DNA of 60,492 bases, filler included. It is 6 parts of 6 records of this genome, joined end to end, with 100 filler letters (N's around TTAATTAATTAA, not from the genome) between each part and the next. Parts side by side here need not be neighbours in the genome. Positions count along the whole stretch, not along the records: positions 1 to 16,576 come from DRR723986_18078; positions 16,677 to 21,977 come from DRR723986_18105; 4 more parts are not named here. One strand, written 5' to 3'. Below are positions 10,475-20,668 of this stretch, piece after piece. Both the position numbers and the translations under genes were made by a program. Each line of letters opens with the position of its first letter. The first letter of the stretch is position 1. The notes under the pieces were generated by a model that saw only the letters and a list, made by a program, of their open reading frames with translations, ran no database searches and had not been told where the DNA came from.

Positions 10475-11278
10475 TTGCACCTACGCACTGGAAACAAGAC
10501 CTTGCTAACGCTAGTCGACAACTACGACAGCTTCCTGCACAACCTGGCCCGATACATTCGGCGTCTGGGTGTTGAAGTGGTCATCCTGCGTAATGACGAC
10601 ATAGGTTTAAGGGAGACGATCGCGAGGTCCTCTGCGGTGCTTTTTTCTCCAGGGCCATGCTCACCCAATGAAGCCGGGCAGTGCCTTGACTTAATTAGGG
10701 CATTTTCTGGCCAGGTGCCCATCTTAGGAGTGTGCCTTGGGCACCAAGCAATCTGCCAGGCCTTTGGTGCGAGCATTGTTCGCGCAAGGCAGCCGATGCA
10801 CGGAATGGTTTCAGAAATTGCGTTCAGTGACAGTCCGCTGTTCGCTGGGCTCAGTTCGCCGAGCGAATTCGCTCGATACCACTCGCTTATTTGTGATGAG
10901 TCCTCAATTCCCGACTGCCTCAAGGTTACGGCCCGCACACACACCGTGTCTGCAGGGACCGGCACGTCAGCGGAAGTCGGCGAGATCATGGCTGTTGAGC
11001 ACGCCGAGCATCCGACTTTTGGCGTTCAGTTTCACCCAGAGTCTGTGCTGTCGCGTTCGGGCTATCAAATCCTGGCCAACTTTCTATCCATCGCAGGATT
11101 GCAGCATGCTCCGCTGCCAGCAAATGACACCGACTCAGGTGAGCAACTGATGCGGGCAGAATCGGGACCAAACACAAGCTTGCAACCCGCAGGCGACGAA
11201 AACTACTACAGCAGCTTTGACACCGATTCACAGTGGCTGGACTACCCGCGGCCCGGATCCGCCCAAGAGGGTGACTAG
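10475..11278 (+). CDS. pabA: Glutamine amidotransferase component II (PabA/TrpG) with acidic C-terminal extension
   Basis: DNYDSF, SPGP, GVCLGHQ, RYHSL, GVQFHPES. Confidence 0.88.
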   Translation: MHLRTGNKTLLTLVDNYDSFLHNLARYIRRLGVEVVILRNDDIGLRETIARSSAVLFSPGPCSPNEAGQCLDLIRAFSGQVPILGVCLGHQAICQAFGASIVRARQPMHGMVSEIAFSDSPLFAGLSSPSEFARYHSLICDESSIPDCLKVTARTHTVSAGTGTSAEVGEIMAVEHAEHPTFGVQFHPESVLSRSGYQILANFLSIAGLQHAPLPANDTDSGEQLMRAESGPNTSLQPAGDENYYSSFDTDSQWLDYPRPGSAQEGD

Positions 11279-11386
11279 TCAGACAGCGCGTCGCGTCTGC
11301 GGCAGGCGGCTAGAAGACAACAGTCAGGCAGATAACGGCCAAGCAGACGACGGCACGGCCGAGCTGCGACTCGCCGAACCAAGAAT

Positions 11387-13147
11387 CTATTGCATGAGAA
11401 TCGGCGCGAGATCTGGCACGATCCTCGAAAGCTCGCGGGTGAGCAGGGTTTGGATCTTCTTGGTGGTGTTCAAACGCAACGATTCTCGAAGTAGCCGGTT
11501 CGCAGTTTCCACTGTTAGATGGGATGCAAGCTCCTTTACGGTCGGAACGAAAGCGGGGCTCATACTGAATCGCCGCAGCCCCATTCCGAGCAAAAGTGCA
11601 AAGGCTTGCGGCTGTCCAGCCATTTCGCCACACAGAGTCACCGGTTTGTCGTGTCGATTGCACGCCTCAACAACACTCTGCAGCACGCGAATCACCGCTG
11701 GGGAAAGCGGTTGACACAGGTGACTGACCTTTGGGTTGTCCCGGTCTGCGGCCATCAAGTACTGGACCAGGTCGTTTGAACCGATCGACACGAAATCCAC
11801 CGACGGAAGCAGTTGATCAATCATGACTGCCGCCGCAGGGACTTCTAACATCATGCCGAAATCAACCTTGCCAAATTCCTTGCCCTCTCCGCGAAGCTGT
11901 TGTTCGGCACGCCTGACAAAGGTTCGCAACCGTCGCAGTTCTTCTAGGTTCGTGACCATCGGGAAGAGGATGCGAACACGTGATGTTTTGTCTTGTCCCG
12001 TGGCTGCTCGCAAGATAGCACGGATCTGCGTCAGAAAAAAATCTGGGTGCTCAAAGGAAAGTCGAATACTGCGCCAACCCATGAACGGGTTAGCTTCCTG
12101 CTGTTCGCGGCCAAGAAACGGAACCGTTTTGTCTCCTCCAATGTCCAACGTGCGAATCGTCACGCTTCCGAGTGGTGCGTTGGCAATTACATCTTGATAG
12201 ATCTGCAATTGCTCTTCTTCGCCCGGAACACTTGAGTGCGTCAAGTACAAGTACTCGGTCCGGTAGAGCCCAATCCCTGATGCGCCCATTGCGAGCGCAC
12301 TGGCAGCGTCAGCTACTCCGTTGATGTTGGCTTCCAACTGCAGGTGGGTGCCATCCTCGGTGATTGCCGGCAAATCGCGGTTGTGCGCCAGCCGATCGCG
12401 CAAGTCGAAAAACTCGCGCTCGAGCTTGCGATACGCGGTCAGCAATTCCTGATCGGGATTGACGATCACATGCCCTTCGCGACCATCGACAATGACCGTG
12501 TCGCCCGTCTTCGTTTGGCGGAGAATCTTCGCAACACCGCTAACCGCGGGTATTCCGCGACTGCGAGCGATGATGGCAGCGTGACTTGTCTGACTGCCCG
12601 CTTGGGTGACGATCCCGTTTACCTCTTTGTCGCCAAGCATCACAACTTGGCTAGGCAACAGTTCGTCTGCGACCACAATCGTTGGACCGCTCAACGCACC
12701 AGAATCCTTGTCCAGAGCGGAGCTTAAGTAGCTTGTCAGCCGTTCTACAACGTCGCGAATGTCAGCAAGACGCTCTCGCAGATACTCATCTTTGGATTTA
12801 TTGAAGACCGCTCGATAGTGATCCAGGAGCTCAGCCAGTGCTGCCGATGCTGATTGTCGATTGTTCTGAATACCGGCTCGGACGCGTCCGACCAGGGTGT
12901 TGTCCAGCAGAATCGTTTCGTGGACAGCAAAAACGGCTGCAGCCTCCTTGCTGACCTGCGTTTCGACCTTTTTCTGCAGTGCCCTGAGGTCATTGATAGA
13001 GCGTTTTCTTGCGTTCTCAAACCGAGCGAGCTCGCCAGGCACTTCGTGCGCATCGAGCAACTGCCGCTCAGGATCCACAAAGACCTCGTGGATGCAGTAG
13101 GCGGTTCCAATAGTCACACCGGGGGATACAGCAATACCTTTTCGCAT
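11387..13147 (-). CDS. ptsI: PTS enzyme I, paralog 2
   Basis: Start at MRKGIAVSPG (the upstream ORF extension is antisense to the next gene); TSHAAIIARS, GLYRTEY, NPFMGWRSIR, IGSNDL, LCGEM. Confidence 0.92.
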   Translation of the reverse strand: MRKGIAVSPGVTIGTAYCIHEVFVDPERQLLDAHEVPGELARFENARKRSINDLRALQKKVETQVSKEAAAVFAVHETILLDNTLVGRVRAGIQNNRQSASAALAELLDHYRAVFNKSKDEYLRERLADIRDVVERLTSYLSSALDKDSGALSGPTIVVADELLPSQVVMLGDKEVNGIVTQAGSQTSHAAIIARSRGIPAVSGVAKILRQTKTGDTVIVDGREGHVIVNPDQELLTAYRKLEREFFDLRDRLAHNRDLPAITEDGTHLQLEANINGVADAASALAMGASGIGLYRTEYLYLTHSSVPGEEEQLQIYQDVIANAPLGSVTIRTLDIGGDKTVPFLGREQQEANPFMGWRSIRLSFEHPDFFLTQIRAILRAATGQDKTSRVRILFPMVTNLEELRRLRTFVRRAEQQLRGEGKEFGKVDFGMMLEVPAAAVMIDQLLPSVDFVSIGSNDLVQYLMAADRDNPKVSHLCQPLSPAVIRVLQSVVEACNRHDKPVTLCGEMAGQPQAFALLLGMGLRRFSMSPAFVPTVKELASHLTVETANRLLRESLRLNTTKKIQTLLTRELSRIVPDLAPILMQ

Positions 13148-13256
13148 GGCGACACTGTAGCAGAGTGGCCCAACAACCACAATTTCAGACCGCTTGTTGT
13201 GTACAATCTGTAGCAATCCCCGCCCCTTCTTCCCACCAACCGAAGGTGACTGTGCC

Positions 13257-14057
13257 GTGAACCGAAGTCTCTTTTGTGCCGGATTATCGTTGTTCGTGTT
13301 TGCAGGAATGACCGCTGCGGTGAGTCCCGCGCCGCTGCTGGATTCCATCTTCGTCAGCCGGGCAATGGCCCAAGAGCCGCAAAGTGGTGGTAAAGAGACG
13401 CAACAAACGGGGGACGCCCGAACAGAATCTGGCCGAACAGATTCTGGCCGAACGAAGGGGCGTGATGCCCAGCGCCAGCCTGGTGAAAAGAGATTAAGTG
13501 ATGAAGAGGCCGTTTCTGGGCCGCAAGCTGGCGAGAAGCTTGGCAAGATTCCTGTCCAGATTGTCCCCCAAGGCAAGCCGGCAGACATCCTGAAGACTCC
13601 CAGCGAGAAGGCCGAACTACGGAGCAAACACAGCGAAGGCCCATTGCTGCTGATCTTCATGAATGAGAAGTCGCGTCCCGGATTCGCGCTCACCCGTTTG
13701 CTCAGTGAATACACCCATCGCCTTGGTAAAGAAAAAGCGCCACCGACCTACTTCATCATGCTCACCGAAGACGCCTCTGGCACAGACAAGTGGCTACGCG
13801 GCATCGCCAAGCACCTCAAGCCCAGCGTCCGACTTGCGGTTGCAGAAGGCGGAATCGAAGGCCCAGGGAGTCTTGGCCTCAATCGGTTGGTCGCGATGAC
13901 GGTACTCGTTTGTGACGACTCTAAAGTGGTCGACAATTATTCACTGGTGCAACCAAGCGCCCAAGTTGACGGTGCGAAGATGATCCAAAGCATCGCAAAA
14001 GTCGTTGGCGACGAAAAACCACCTCGCGTCCGACAGCTCATGCCGCGTGGCCGTTAA
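13257..14057 (+). CDS. Exported hypothetical protein (planctomycete type)
   Basis: Signal-peptide-like N-terminus (…AMAQE), low-complexity linker, SGPQAGEK motif then alpha/beta domain; start uncertain. Confidence 0.65.
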   Translation: MNRSLFCAGLSLFVFAGMTAAVSPAPLLDSIFVSRAMAQEPQSGGKETQQTGDARTESGRTDSGRTKGRDAQRQPGEKRLSDEEAVSGPQAGEKLGKIPVQIVPQGKPADILKTPSEKAELRSKHSEGPLLLIFMNEKSRPGFALTRLLSEYTHRLGKEKAPPTYFIMLTEDASGTDKWLRGIAKHLKPSVRLAVAEGGIEGPGSLGLNRLVAMTVLVCDDSKVVDNYSLVQPSAQVDGAKMIQSIAKVVGDEKPPRVRQLMPRGR

Positions 14058-14173
14058 AGCTCAGTTGCCTCACTCGCAGGTGACGCGTGATCAATCGCGA
14101 ACAGGACAGGAGGCCTCGCTTCCATAGTTACCGAGGCCACCAGCACCGAGGCTACCAGAGAGGAGCCCGTCGC

Positions 14174-16372
14174 ATGAAAGGCCTACTTAGAATTGCCTGG
14201 TCGATTGCTTGTGCGGTCGCATTCAACCAAAGCGCAGTCAGCCAAAGCGCGTTCGCTGACGGACCGCCGTCGAGGGCTGTGAACCGCGCAGTTGACTTCT
14301 CGCGTGATGTGATCCCCGTTTTGACACGGTTCGGCTGCAACTCAGGTGCATGCCATGGCGCATCCGCCGGGCGAGGTTACCTGAAGCTCAGCCTATTTGG
14401 CAGCCGTCCGCGAAGCGATTTTGAGGCGATCGCCCACTCGGCTGCCGGACGGATCTTGGATGTCGACACTCCCGAGCGAAGCCTGTTGCTTCAAAAGCCC
14501 AGTGGCCTGCTCGAGCATGGCGGCGAACAACGGTTTAACACTGACAGCCATGACTATCGCCTTCTGCGCGAATGGATTACTTCACTGCAGGAGCGAGCGC
14601 CGTCGAATCGCAAGAGATTTGAGTCCGTCGAGTCGATCCGATGTTCGACGGCGAATGTAATCGAGCTTACCATTGGCGAAACGACAGAGGTTGCGTTCGA
14701 AGCGACTTTCAAGACGGGCGACATTGAAACAAGCCAAGCCGTGGCACAGCCAAATCTGCTTGTCATCGAAGGAGCTGCGCCATCTGGCGGTGAGGAATCC
14801 CCAGTCACTTACGACGTCAAGCCAACCGCAATTCTGCTGACCGCTCACACCAGAGGCTATTGGCCGATAACGATACGTTACGCCGCAGCCGCAACCACTC
14901 TGCAGGTTTTCGTACGCGACGACAATGACTCGGCGACGCATGCGCAACGCCGTGCAGCGGTGACCGGCGGCAAGCACCAGAATCCAATCGACTCTGCGGT
15001 GCTGGCCGCTGCGGATCGAATTGGCGCGGTGCCAAGCATTGCTGGTTCTCCCCGTCAGCTCGCACGGCGACTCTGGGTAGACTTGTTGGGCCAACATCCA
15101 ACGCGACAGCAATGGAAGGAGGCCGAACGCAGGATTCGCACGGGTGATCTGGCGACGCTGGTTGATGGAATGCTGTCAGACGAACGATTCGCTCTCCGAG
15201 CATCTTCGGAGATTGCCGGTTGGACAGGCTTCGCTGGATCGCGGGAGGCCCTGGAAAGTGACATCGCCGGTTTCATCACCCAACGTGACGATCTTCGAGC
15301 GCTGGCTGCCCAAGTGTTGATCGTTGATGGCAGCTCTTCAGAACGAATCGACACCTTTCACCTTCTCGCTCGAGACGCACGCGCCCGCAGCGAATTGGTT
15401 GCATCGACATGGCTCGGAACGCGGATCGGTTGCGCCCAATGCCATGATCACCCCCTCGATCGTTGGACACAGGATGACTACTTTGGACTCGCTGCGTGCT
15501 GGGCGGAGTTGGAGATTGCTGGCGGTCGGCCCGTTCGAATCCCAGGAAAGAAGACAACCGATCTCCGGTTCGGGCGTCCTGCGCAGCCCAAACTGATCAG
15601 CGGTCAGCAACTCGATCCCGAGCAGCCTGCCGATCTACAGCTAACCAAGTGGGTCGTCGCCTCAGACAACGACCTGTTCGCAAACAACTTGTCGAATCGG
15701 ATTTGGCATTGGCTAATGGGAAGTGGCATTGTTGAAGACGTCGACGATTTTCGCGCGACCAATCCACCCATCAATCCCGAACTCCTAGAAACCTTGCGGC
15801 GTATCCTTCGCGAGAACAGCTTTTCGATGAAAGCCGTCGTTCGGGTAATTGTGCTAAGTGACGCGTATGCTTGCCGCACATCCGATGAAGGGAGCATTCT
15901 GGAGAACCGGCTCGCACTTCGCCGCACTGCCAAGCCGATCGAAATTCCGATCTACGAATTGATACAGCCCGTCTTCGGCATCACTGCAGATACGGAAATA
16001 TCGGCAACGCCCGGCGAGACGATGATGATGGTAGCGACCGATGGCTGTACGCGTGAAGGGGAATGTGCAGACCCGTTTGGAGAGAGTATTGCGTTGGTTA
16101 AAGACCAACGGCTGAACAGGCAAATCCATGACGGCATCTTGCGTCTGCGCGACGATCACCAGGGTGCACCAACAGAGCAAGTGGTTTCAGTATTGCATGA
16201 GAGGTTCTTCGGCATGCCGATCACTGACGAGAAGCTTCGGCAGTTGTCCACCGTCGTGGGTGAGCGCGAATTGCAGATGCCAGTTTCCGATCACCGGTTA
16301 CTCGAAGGGCGTGTACTTGAAGATATCGCTTGGCAGTGGGCGGTCAGTAGAGAATTCCGATTATTGCACTAA
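14174..16372 (+). CDS. DUF1549/DUF1553 (PSD1) planctomycete cytochrome-like protein
   Basis: FSRDVIPVLTRFGCNSGACHG, NPID, RRLWVDLLG, CAQCHDHP..WTQDDY, RIWHWLMGSGIV..VDD...NPPINPELL. Confidence 0.85.
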   Translation: MKGLLRIAWSIACAVAFNQSAVSQSAFADGPPSRAVNRAVDFSRDVIPVLTRFGCNSGACHGASAGRGYLKLSLFGSRPRSDFEAIAHSAAGRILDVDTPERSLLLQKPSGLLEHGGEQRFNTDSHDYRLLREWITSLQERAPSNRKRFESVESIRCSTANVIELTIGETTEVAFEATFKTGDIETSQAVAQPNLLVIEGAAPSGGEESPVTYDVKPTAILLTAHTRGYWPITIRYAAAATTLQVFVRDDNDSATHAQRRAAVTGGKHQNPIDSAVLAAADRIGAVPSIAGSPRQLARRLWVDLLGQHPTRQQWKEAERRIRTGDLATLVDGMLSDERFALRASSEIAGWTGFAGSREALESDIAGFITQRDDLRALAAQVLIVDGSSSERIDTFHLLARDARARSELVASTWLGTRIGCAQCHDHPLDRWTQDDYFGLAACWAELEIAGGRPVRIPGKKTTDLRFGRPAQPKLISGQQLDPEQPADLQLTKWVVASDNDLFANNLSNRIWHWLMGSGIVEDVDDFRATNPPINPELLETLRRILRENSFSMKAVVRVIVLSDAYACRTSDEGSILENRLALRRTAKPIEIPIYELIQPVFGITADTEISATPGETMMMVATDGCTREGECADPFGESIALVKDQRLNRQIHDGILRLRDDHQGAPTEQVVSVLHERFFGMPITDEKLRQLSTVVGERELQMPVSDHRLLEGRVLEDIAWQWAVSREFRLLH

Positions 16373-16576
16373 GAGCAATCTCTCTTGGCTGACCGGCGTC
16401 AACGCGGATGCCTCTTCCGGTAGCCGCCGTGTAAGGCAAAGATCTCGACCGATGCGCCACATGCCGGCGTCTTGGGGAACTTCCTGGCAAGACGTGTGGC
16501 AATTCGCCGTCGGTTGAATCTGCTAAGTTGGCCGGATAAAAGGGGAACTAGAGCGTTTCCAGTTCGGATGTAGCGT

Positions 16577-16676
16577 NNNNNNNNNNNNNNNNNNNNNNNN
16601 NNNNNNNNNNNNNNNNNNNNTTAATTAATTAANNNNNNNNNNNNNNNNNNNNNNNNNNNNNNNNNNNNNNNNNNNN
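16577..16676. other. Assembly spacer (contig join)
   Basis: N44-TTAATTAATTAA-N44. Confidence 0.99.
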
Positions 16677-18567
16677 GGGCGTGCGCGGCATTGCCCGCGA
16701 TCTGGCCGCGCGGGGGCTGGGCCAGCTGAAACCGGTGGAAACCCCCACGATTGCAGGCGCATTTCCCTGCCCCATCGGGGTGGAGATTGCCGAAGACACC
16801 CGCAAAAATGGCTGCCATGTGTTTGCCGGGCGGCTGATCCGTGGGGTGAAAAACGGCCCCAGCCCCGAATGGCTGCAAAGCCAGCTGCGCGCCATTGGCC
16901 TGCGCCCGATTTCGGCGCTGGTCGATGTGACCAATTTCTTCACCTATGACCGCAACCGCCCCTTGCATGTTTTCGATGCAGATAAGGTGCAGGGCAATTT
17001 GCGCATTCACCGCAGCGTGGGCGGCGAAACCATCGTGGGGCTCGATGAAAAAACCTATGAATTCGGCCCCGGCATGGTGGTGATTTCCGATTATCACGGG
17101 GTGGAAAGCATTGCTGGCATCATGGGGGGCGATGCCACCGGCTGCACCGATGACACGGTGAACGTGTTCCTGGAAGCGGCGGTGTGGGACACGGTGCAAA
17201 TCGCCACCACGGGGCGGGCGCTGAAAATCAACTCGGATGCGCGCTATCGCAACGAACGCGGCATTGACCCTGCCTATAATATGCAAGCGCTGGAAGATGC
17301 CACCGCGATGATCATGGCGCTTTGTGGCGGCACCCCGTCTGATGTGGTGGTGGCGGGTGCGGTGCCCGATGTGGCGCGCGCCTATCGCCTTGATCCGGCG
17401 CGCGTGGAAAGCTTGGTGGGCATGTCCATCCCCGCACAAACCCAGCGCGAAACGCTGAGCAACCTGGGCTTTCGCCTCGAGGGCGATATGGCTTGGGTGC
17501 CCAGTTGGCGCCCCGATGTGTTGGGCGAGGCCGATCTGGTGGAAGAGGTGGCGCGCATCGCCTCGCTGACCAAGCTCGAGGGCAAGCCACTGCCGCGCAT
17601 GCAGCCCGGCGTGCCGCGCCCCACCATGACGCCCGCGCAACGGCGCGAACAAACCCTGCGCCGCACCAGCGCCGCCTTGGGCTATAACGAATGCGTCAGC
17701 TACAGTTTTATCGATCAGGCCGCCGCGGCGATGTTTGGCGGCGGCACCGATGCCACGATGCTGGCCAACCCCATCTCGACCGAGATGAGCCACATGCGCC
17801 CCGATCTGTTGCCGGGCCTTTTGCAGGCGGCGGCGCGCAACCAGGCGCGCGGGCAGATGGATCTGGCGCTGTTCGAGGTGGGCCCTGCCTTTCACGGCGG
17901 CGAGCCGGGCCAGCAGCATTTGCAGGTGGCAGGGCTGTTGGTGGGCCGCACCGGGCCAAAAGATGTGCATGCCAGCACCCGCGCGGTAGATGTGTTTGAC
18001 GCCAAGGCCGATGCCGAGGCGCTGCTGGCCGCCATTGGGGCGCCCGAAAAAATGCAAATCCTGCGCGATGGCCCGGCGTGGTTCCACCCCGGCCGCCATG
18101 GCGTGCTGTGTTTGGGCCCGAAAAAGCGCCTGGCGGTTTTTGGCGAAATTCACCCCGGCATTTTGGCCAAGATGGATGTGAAAGGCCCGGCCGTTGCCTT
18201 TACCATTTTCCCCGCCGAAGTGCCCGAGCCAAAGGCCAAATCGGCCAGCCGCGGGGCGCTGGCGCTGCACGATCTGCAAGCGGTCGAGCGTGATTTCGCC
18301 TTTGTGGTGGATAGCGCGGTCGAAGCGCTGACGCTGGTCAATGCCGCGGCGGGCGCCGATAAGGCGCTGATCGCAGGCGTGCGCGTGTTCGATGAATTCA
18401 CCGGCGAAAAGGCCGAGGCGCAGATGGGGGCGGGCAAAAAATCGATCGCCATCACTGTGCGCCTTCAGCCGACCGAGAAAACGCTGAAAGAGGCCGATAT
18501 CGAAGCGGTCAGTGCCAAGATCGTCGAGAAAGTATCGAAAGCCACCGGCGGCGCGCTGCGCGGCTAA
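16677..18567 (+). CDS. pheT: Phenylalanyl-tRNA synthetase beta subunit (5' truncated)
   Basis: RPISALVDVTN, RPLHVFD, AGIMGG, PSWRPDV, DLVEEVARI, VERDFAFVV, FDX-ACB end. Confidence 0.96.
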
Positions 18568-18587
18568 GGCGCTGTGCGCCTGGCACC

Positions 18588-18663
18588 GGCCCAGGTTTTG
18601 GGCCCAGGTTTTGGGCCGGTGTTTGGGGCCGGTGTTTGGGGGCGGTGTTTGGGGCCAGTTTTT
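18588..18663 (+). repeat. G-rich ~13-bp tandem repeat, about 6 degenerate units
   Basis: GGCCCAGGTTTTG x2, then GGCCGGTGTTTGG-like units. Confidence 0.85.
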
Positions 18664-18736
18664 CCCACGCCCAAGCAACGGTTGAGTAGCCGCGCTCCCC
18701 GCGATAGGGTGGGGCCAGAAATGAAATGGGGCAGGC

Positions 18737-19183
18737 ATGCTTAAGGTTTATCTTTCTGGCGAAATTCACACCGATTGGCGCGCAGAAATCGCCCAAGGCG
18801 CCGAGGGGCTTGATGTGGTTTTTAGCGCCCCCGTCACCGATCACGCCGCCAGCGACGATTGCGGTGTGGCGATCTTGGGCGCCGAATCTGACAAGTTTTG
18901 GCACGATCGCAAAGGTGCACAGCTCAACGCCATCCGCACCCGCAAGGCGATTGCCGATGCCGATATCGTGGTGGTGCGCTTTGGCGATAAGTATAAGCAA
19001 TGGAACGCCGCCTTTGATGCAGGCTATGCCAGTGCCTTGGGTAAATCGCTGATTATCTTGCAGCCGCCCGAACATGACCACGCCCTGAAAGAGGTGGATG
19101 CCGCCGCATTGGCCGTGGCGCGCAGCCCTGCGCAGGTGGTGCAGATGCTGCGCTACGTGCTGGATGGCAGTTTGCCTGCGTGA
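18737..19183 (+). CDS. YtoQ family protein (nucleoside deoxyribosyltransferase-like)
   Basis: VYLSGEIHTDWR, VTDHAASDDCG, FGDKYKQWNAAFDAGYA, HALKEVD. Confidence 0.88.
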   Translation: MLKVYLSGEIHTDWRAEIAQGAEGLDVVFSAPVTDHAASDDCGVAILGAESDKFWHDRKGAQLNAIRTRKAIADADIVVVRFGDKYKQWNAAFDAGYASALGKSLIILQPPEHDHALKEVDAAALAVARSPAQVVQMLRYVLDGSLPA

Positions 19184-19806
19184 GCGGCCGTATCGACACG
19201 CCCGAAGATGTGGCCAAAGGGGCCGAATGGCTGGCCGCCAATTGCCCGCGCATGGCCCATGCCTATGGCTTGACCGGCCCCTTGCCGCTGCGCCGCACCC
19301 CTGATGGGTTCACCCAGTTGCTGCGCGCGATTGTCAGCCAGCAGGTCAGCGTGGCCTCGGCCCGCGCCATTTGGGGGCGGTTGCAGGCCGCTGGCATGGT
19401 GGGGCCAGATGCCATCTTGGCGGCAGAGATTGATGATTTGCGCGCCCTTGGCCTAAGCCGGCAAAAAGCCACCTATGCCCAGGCCCTGGCCGATGCCGGC
19501 ATTGATTTTGATGCGCTGCGCACCGCCCCCACCGAGGCGGTTGTGCAAAGGCTGGTGCAGGTCAAAGGGGTTGGTGTGTGGACCGCGGAAATTTACGCGA
19601 TGTTCAGCCTCGGCCATGCCGATGTGTTTGCGCCGGGCGATTTGGCGCTGCAAGAGGCCGCACGCCTGCTTTATGCGCTGCCCGAACGGCCCAAAGAACG
19701 TGCCTTGCGCGAGATGGCGCAGCGCTGGTCGCCATGGCGCGCCGTTGCGGCACGTTTGCTTTGGGAATATTACCACATCGAAAAACAACGCGAGGGAACC
19801 CTATGA
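19180..19806 (+). CDS. alkA: DNA-3-methyladenine glycosylase II (AlkA family, HhH-GPD)
   Basis: IVSQQVSVASA, VKGVGVWTAE HhH, DVFAPGDLAL, WSPWRAVAARLLW. Confidence 0.88.
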   Translation: MSGRIDTPEDVAKGAEWLAANCPRMAHAYGLTGPLPLRRTPDGFTQLLRAIVSQQVSVASARAIWGRLQAAGMVGPDAILAAEIDDLRALGLSRQKATYAQALADAGIDFDALRTAPTEAVVQRLVQVKGVGVWTAEIYAMFSLGHADVFAPGDLALQEAARLLYALPERPKERALREMAQRWSPWRAVAARLLWEYYHIEKQREGTL

Positions 19807-20468
19807 CACGCGTCTTGACCGCTGGCCGCAAAGAGCCGGTTTCTGGCGAAACCCGCTCGGTCGTGGTGTTTTTGCACGGCTATGGTGCCAATGGCGCCGA
19901 TCTTTTGGGGCTGGCTGATGTGTTGGGCGAACATTTGCCCGACACGCTGTTTGTGGCCCCCGATGCGCCCGAAAGCATTGCAGGGCTGCCAAATGGCTAT
20001 CAGTGGTTTCCCATTCCCTGGCTTGATGGCTCGTCCGAGGAAGAGGCCGAACGCGGGTTGCAGGCGGCCAGCGACGATTTGAACGCGTTTTTGGATGCGC
20101 TGCTGGTCGACGAAGATCTGCTGCCCGAGCAAATGGTGCTGTTCGGCTTTAGCCAGGGCACGATGATCAGCCTGCATGTGGCGCCGCGCCGCGAAGACCC
20201 GGTGGCAGGTATCGTGGCCTTTTCGGGGCGCTTGTTGTCGCCGGAAACCCTGGCCGATGAAACCCGCGTGCGCCCGCCGGTTTTGCTGGTGCATGGCGAT
20301 GCCGATGATGTGGTGCCTGTGCAATCGCTGCCCGCGGCCGCCGAAGCCCTGCAAGAGGCGGGTTGGCAAGATGTGTTTGCCCATATCATGAAGGGCACAG
20401 CCCATGGCATTGCCCCCGATGGGCTATCGGTGGCGCTGGCCTTTATGCGCGATAAATGCGGGCTGTAG
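19803..20468 (+). CDS. Phospholipase/carboxylesterase (alpha/beta hydrolase)
   Basis: LHGYGANG, GFSQG nucleophile, HGDADDVV, HGI; ATGA overlap with alkA. Confidence 0.9.
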   Translation: MTRVLTAGRKEPVSGETRSVVVFLHGYGANGADLLGLADVLGEHLPDTLFVAPDAPESIAGLPNGYQWFPIPWLDGSSEEEAERGLQAASDDLNAFLDALLVDEDLLPEQMVLFGFSQGTMISLHVAPRREDPVAGIVAFSGRLLSPETLADETRVRPPVLLVHGDADDVVPVQSLPAAAEALQEAGWQDVFAHIMKGTAHGIAPDGLSVALAFMRDKCGL

Positions 20469-20557
20469 CCACGCAGGCCTAAAGCGGCCCTGGATGCAGC
20501 CCTGAAAACGGCCCTGCGTCATATCCCTGTTAACTGCCTGTGCAAGCCTGCGGTAGC

Positions 20558-20603
20558 CCCCACCATATGGGGGTTGCCGGATAGAATGCACGATATATAG
20601 TGG
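20558..20603 (+). promoter_or_regulatory. Tandem NrdR-box-like sites upstream of HNH gene
   Basis: GCACGATATATAGTGG (20588-20603) matches acaCwAtATaTwGtg; weaker CCCCACCATATGGGGG 30 bp upstream. Confidence 0.6.
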
Positions 20604-20668
20604 TGGCATCTGGGGCGGGGCGTCCCGCCTTGGGGCCTCATGGGCAGACAGGGCAAAGGGCAATTCGA

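Noticed and set aside
13148-13714. 189-aa N-terminal extension on the second enzyme I (775-aa ORF)
   Set aside because: Antisense to the exported-protein gene; EI similarity begins at MRKGIAVSPG.
18588-18663. Repeat considered as a CRISPR array
   Set aside because: Units are contiguous ~13-mers without unique spacers, and no cas genes are present in the window.
16621-18738. 705-aa minus-strand ORF, and similar long antisense ORFs (35518-36786, 38119-39678, 43255-44166, 55691-56803)
   Set aside because: Shadow frames of high-GC genes, with no recognisable motifs.
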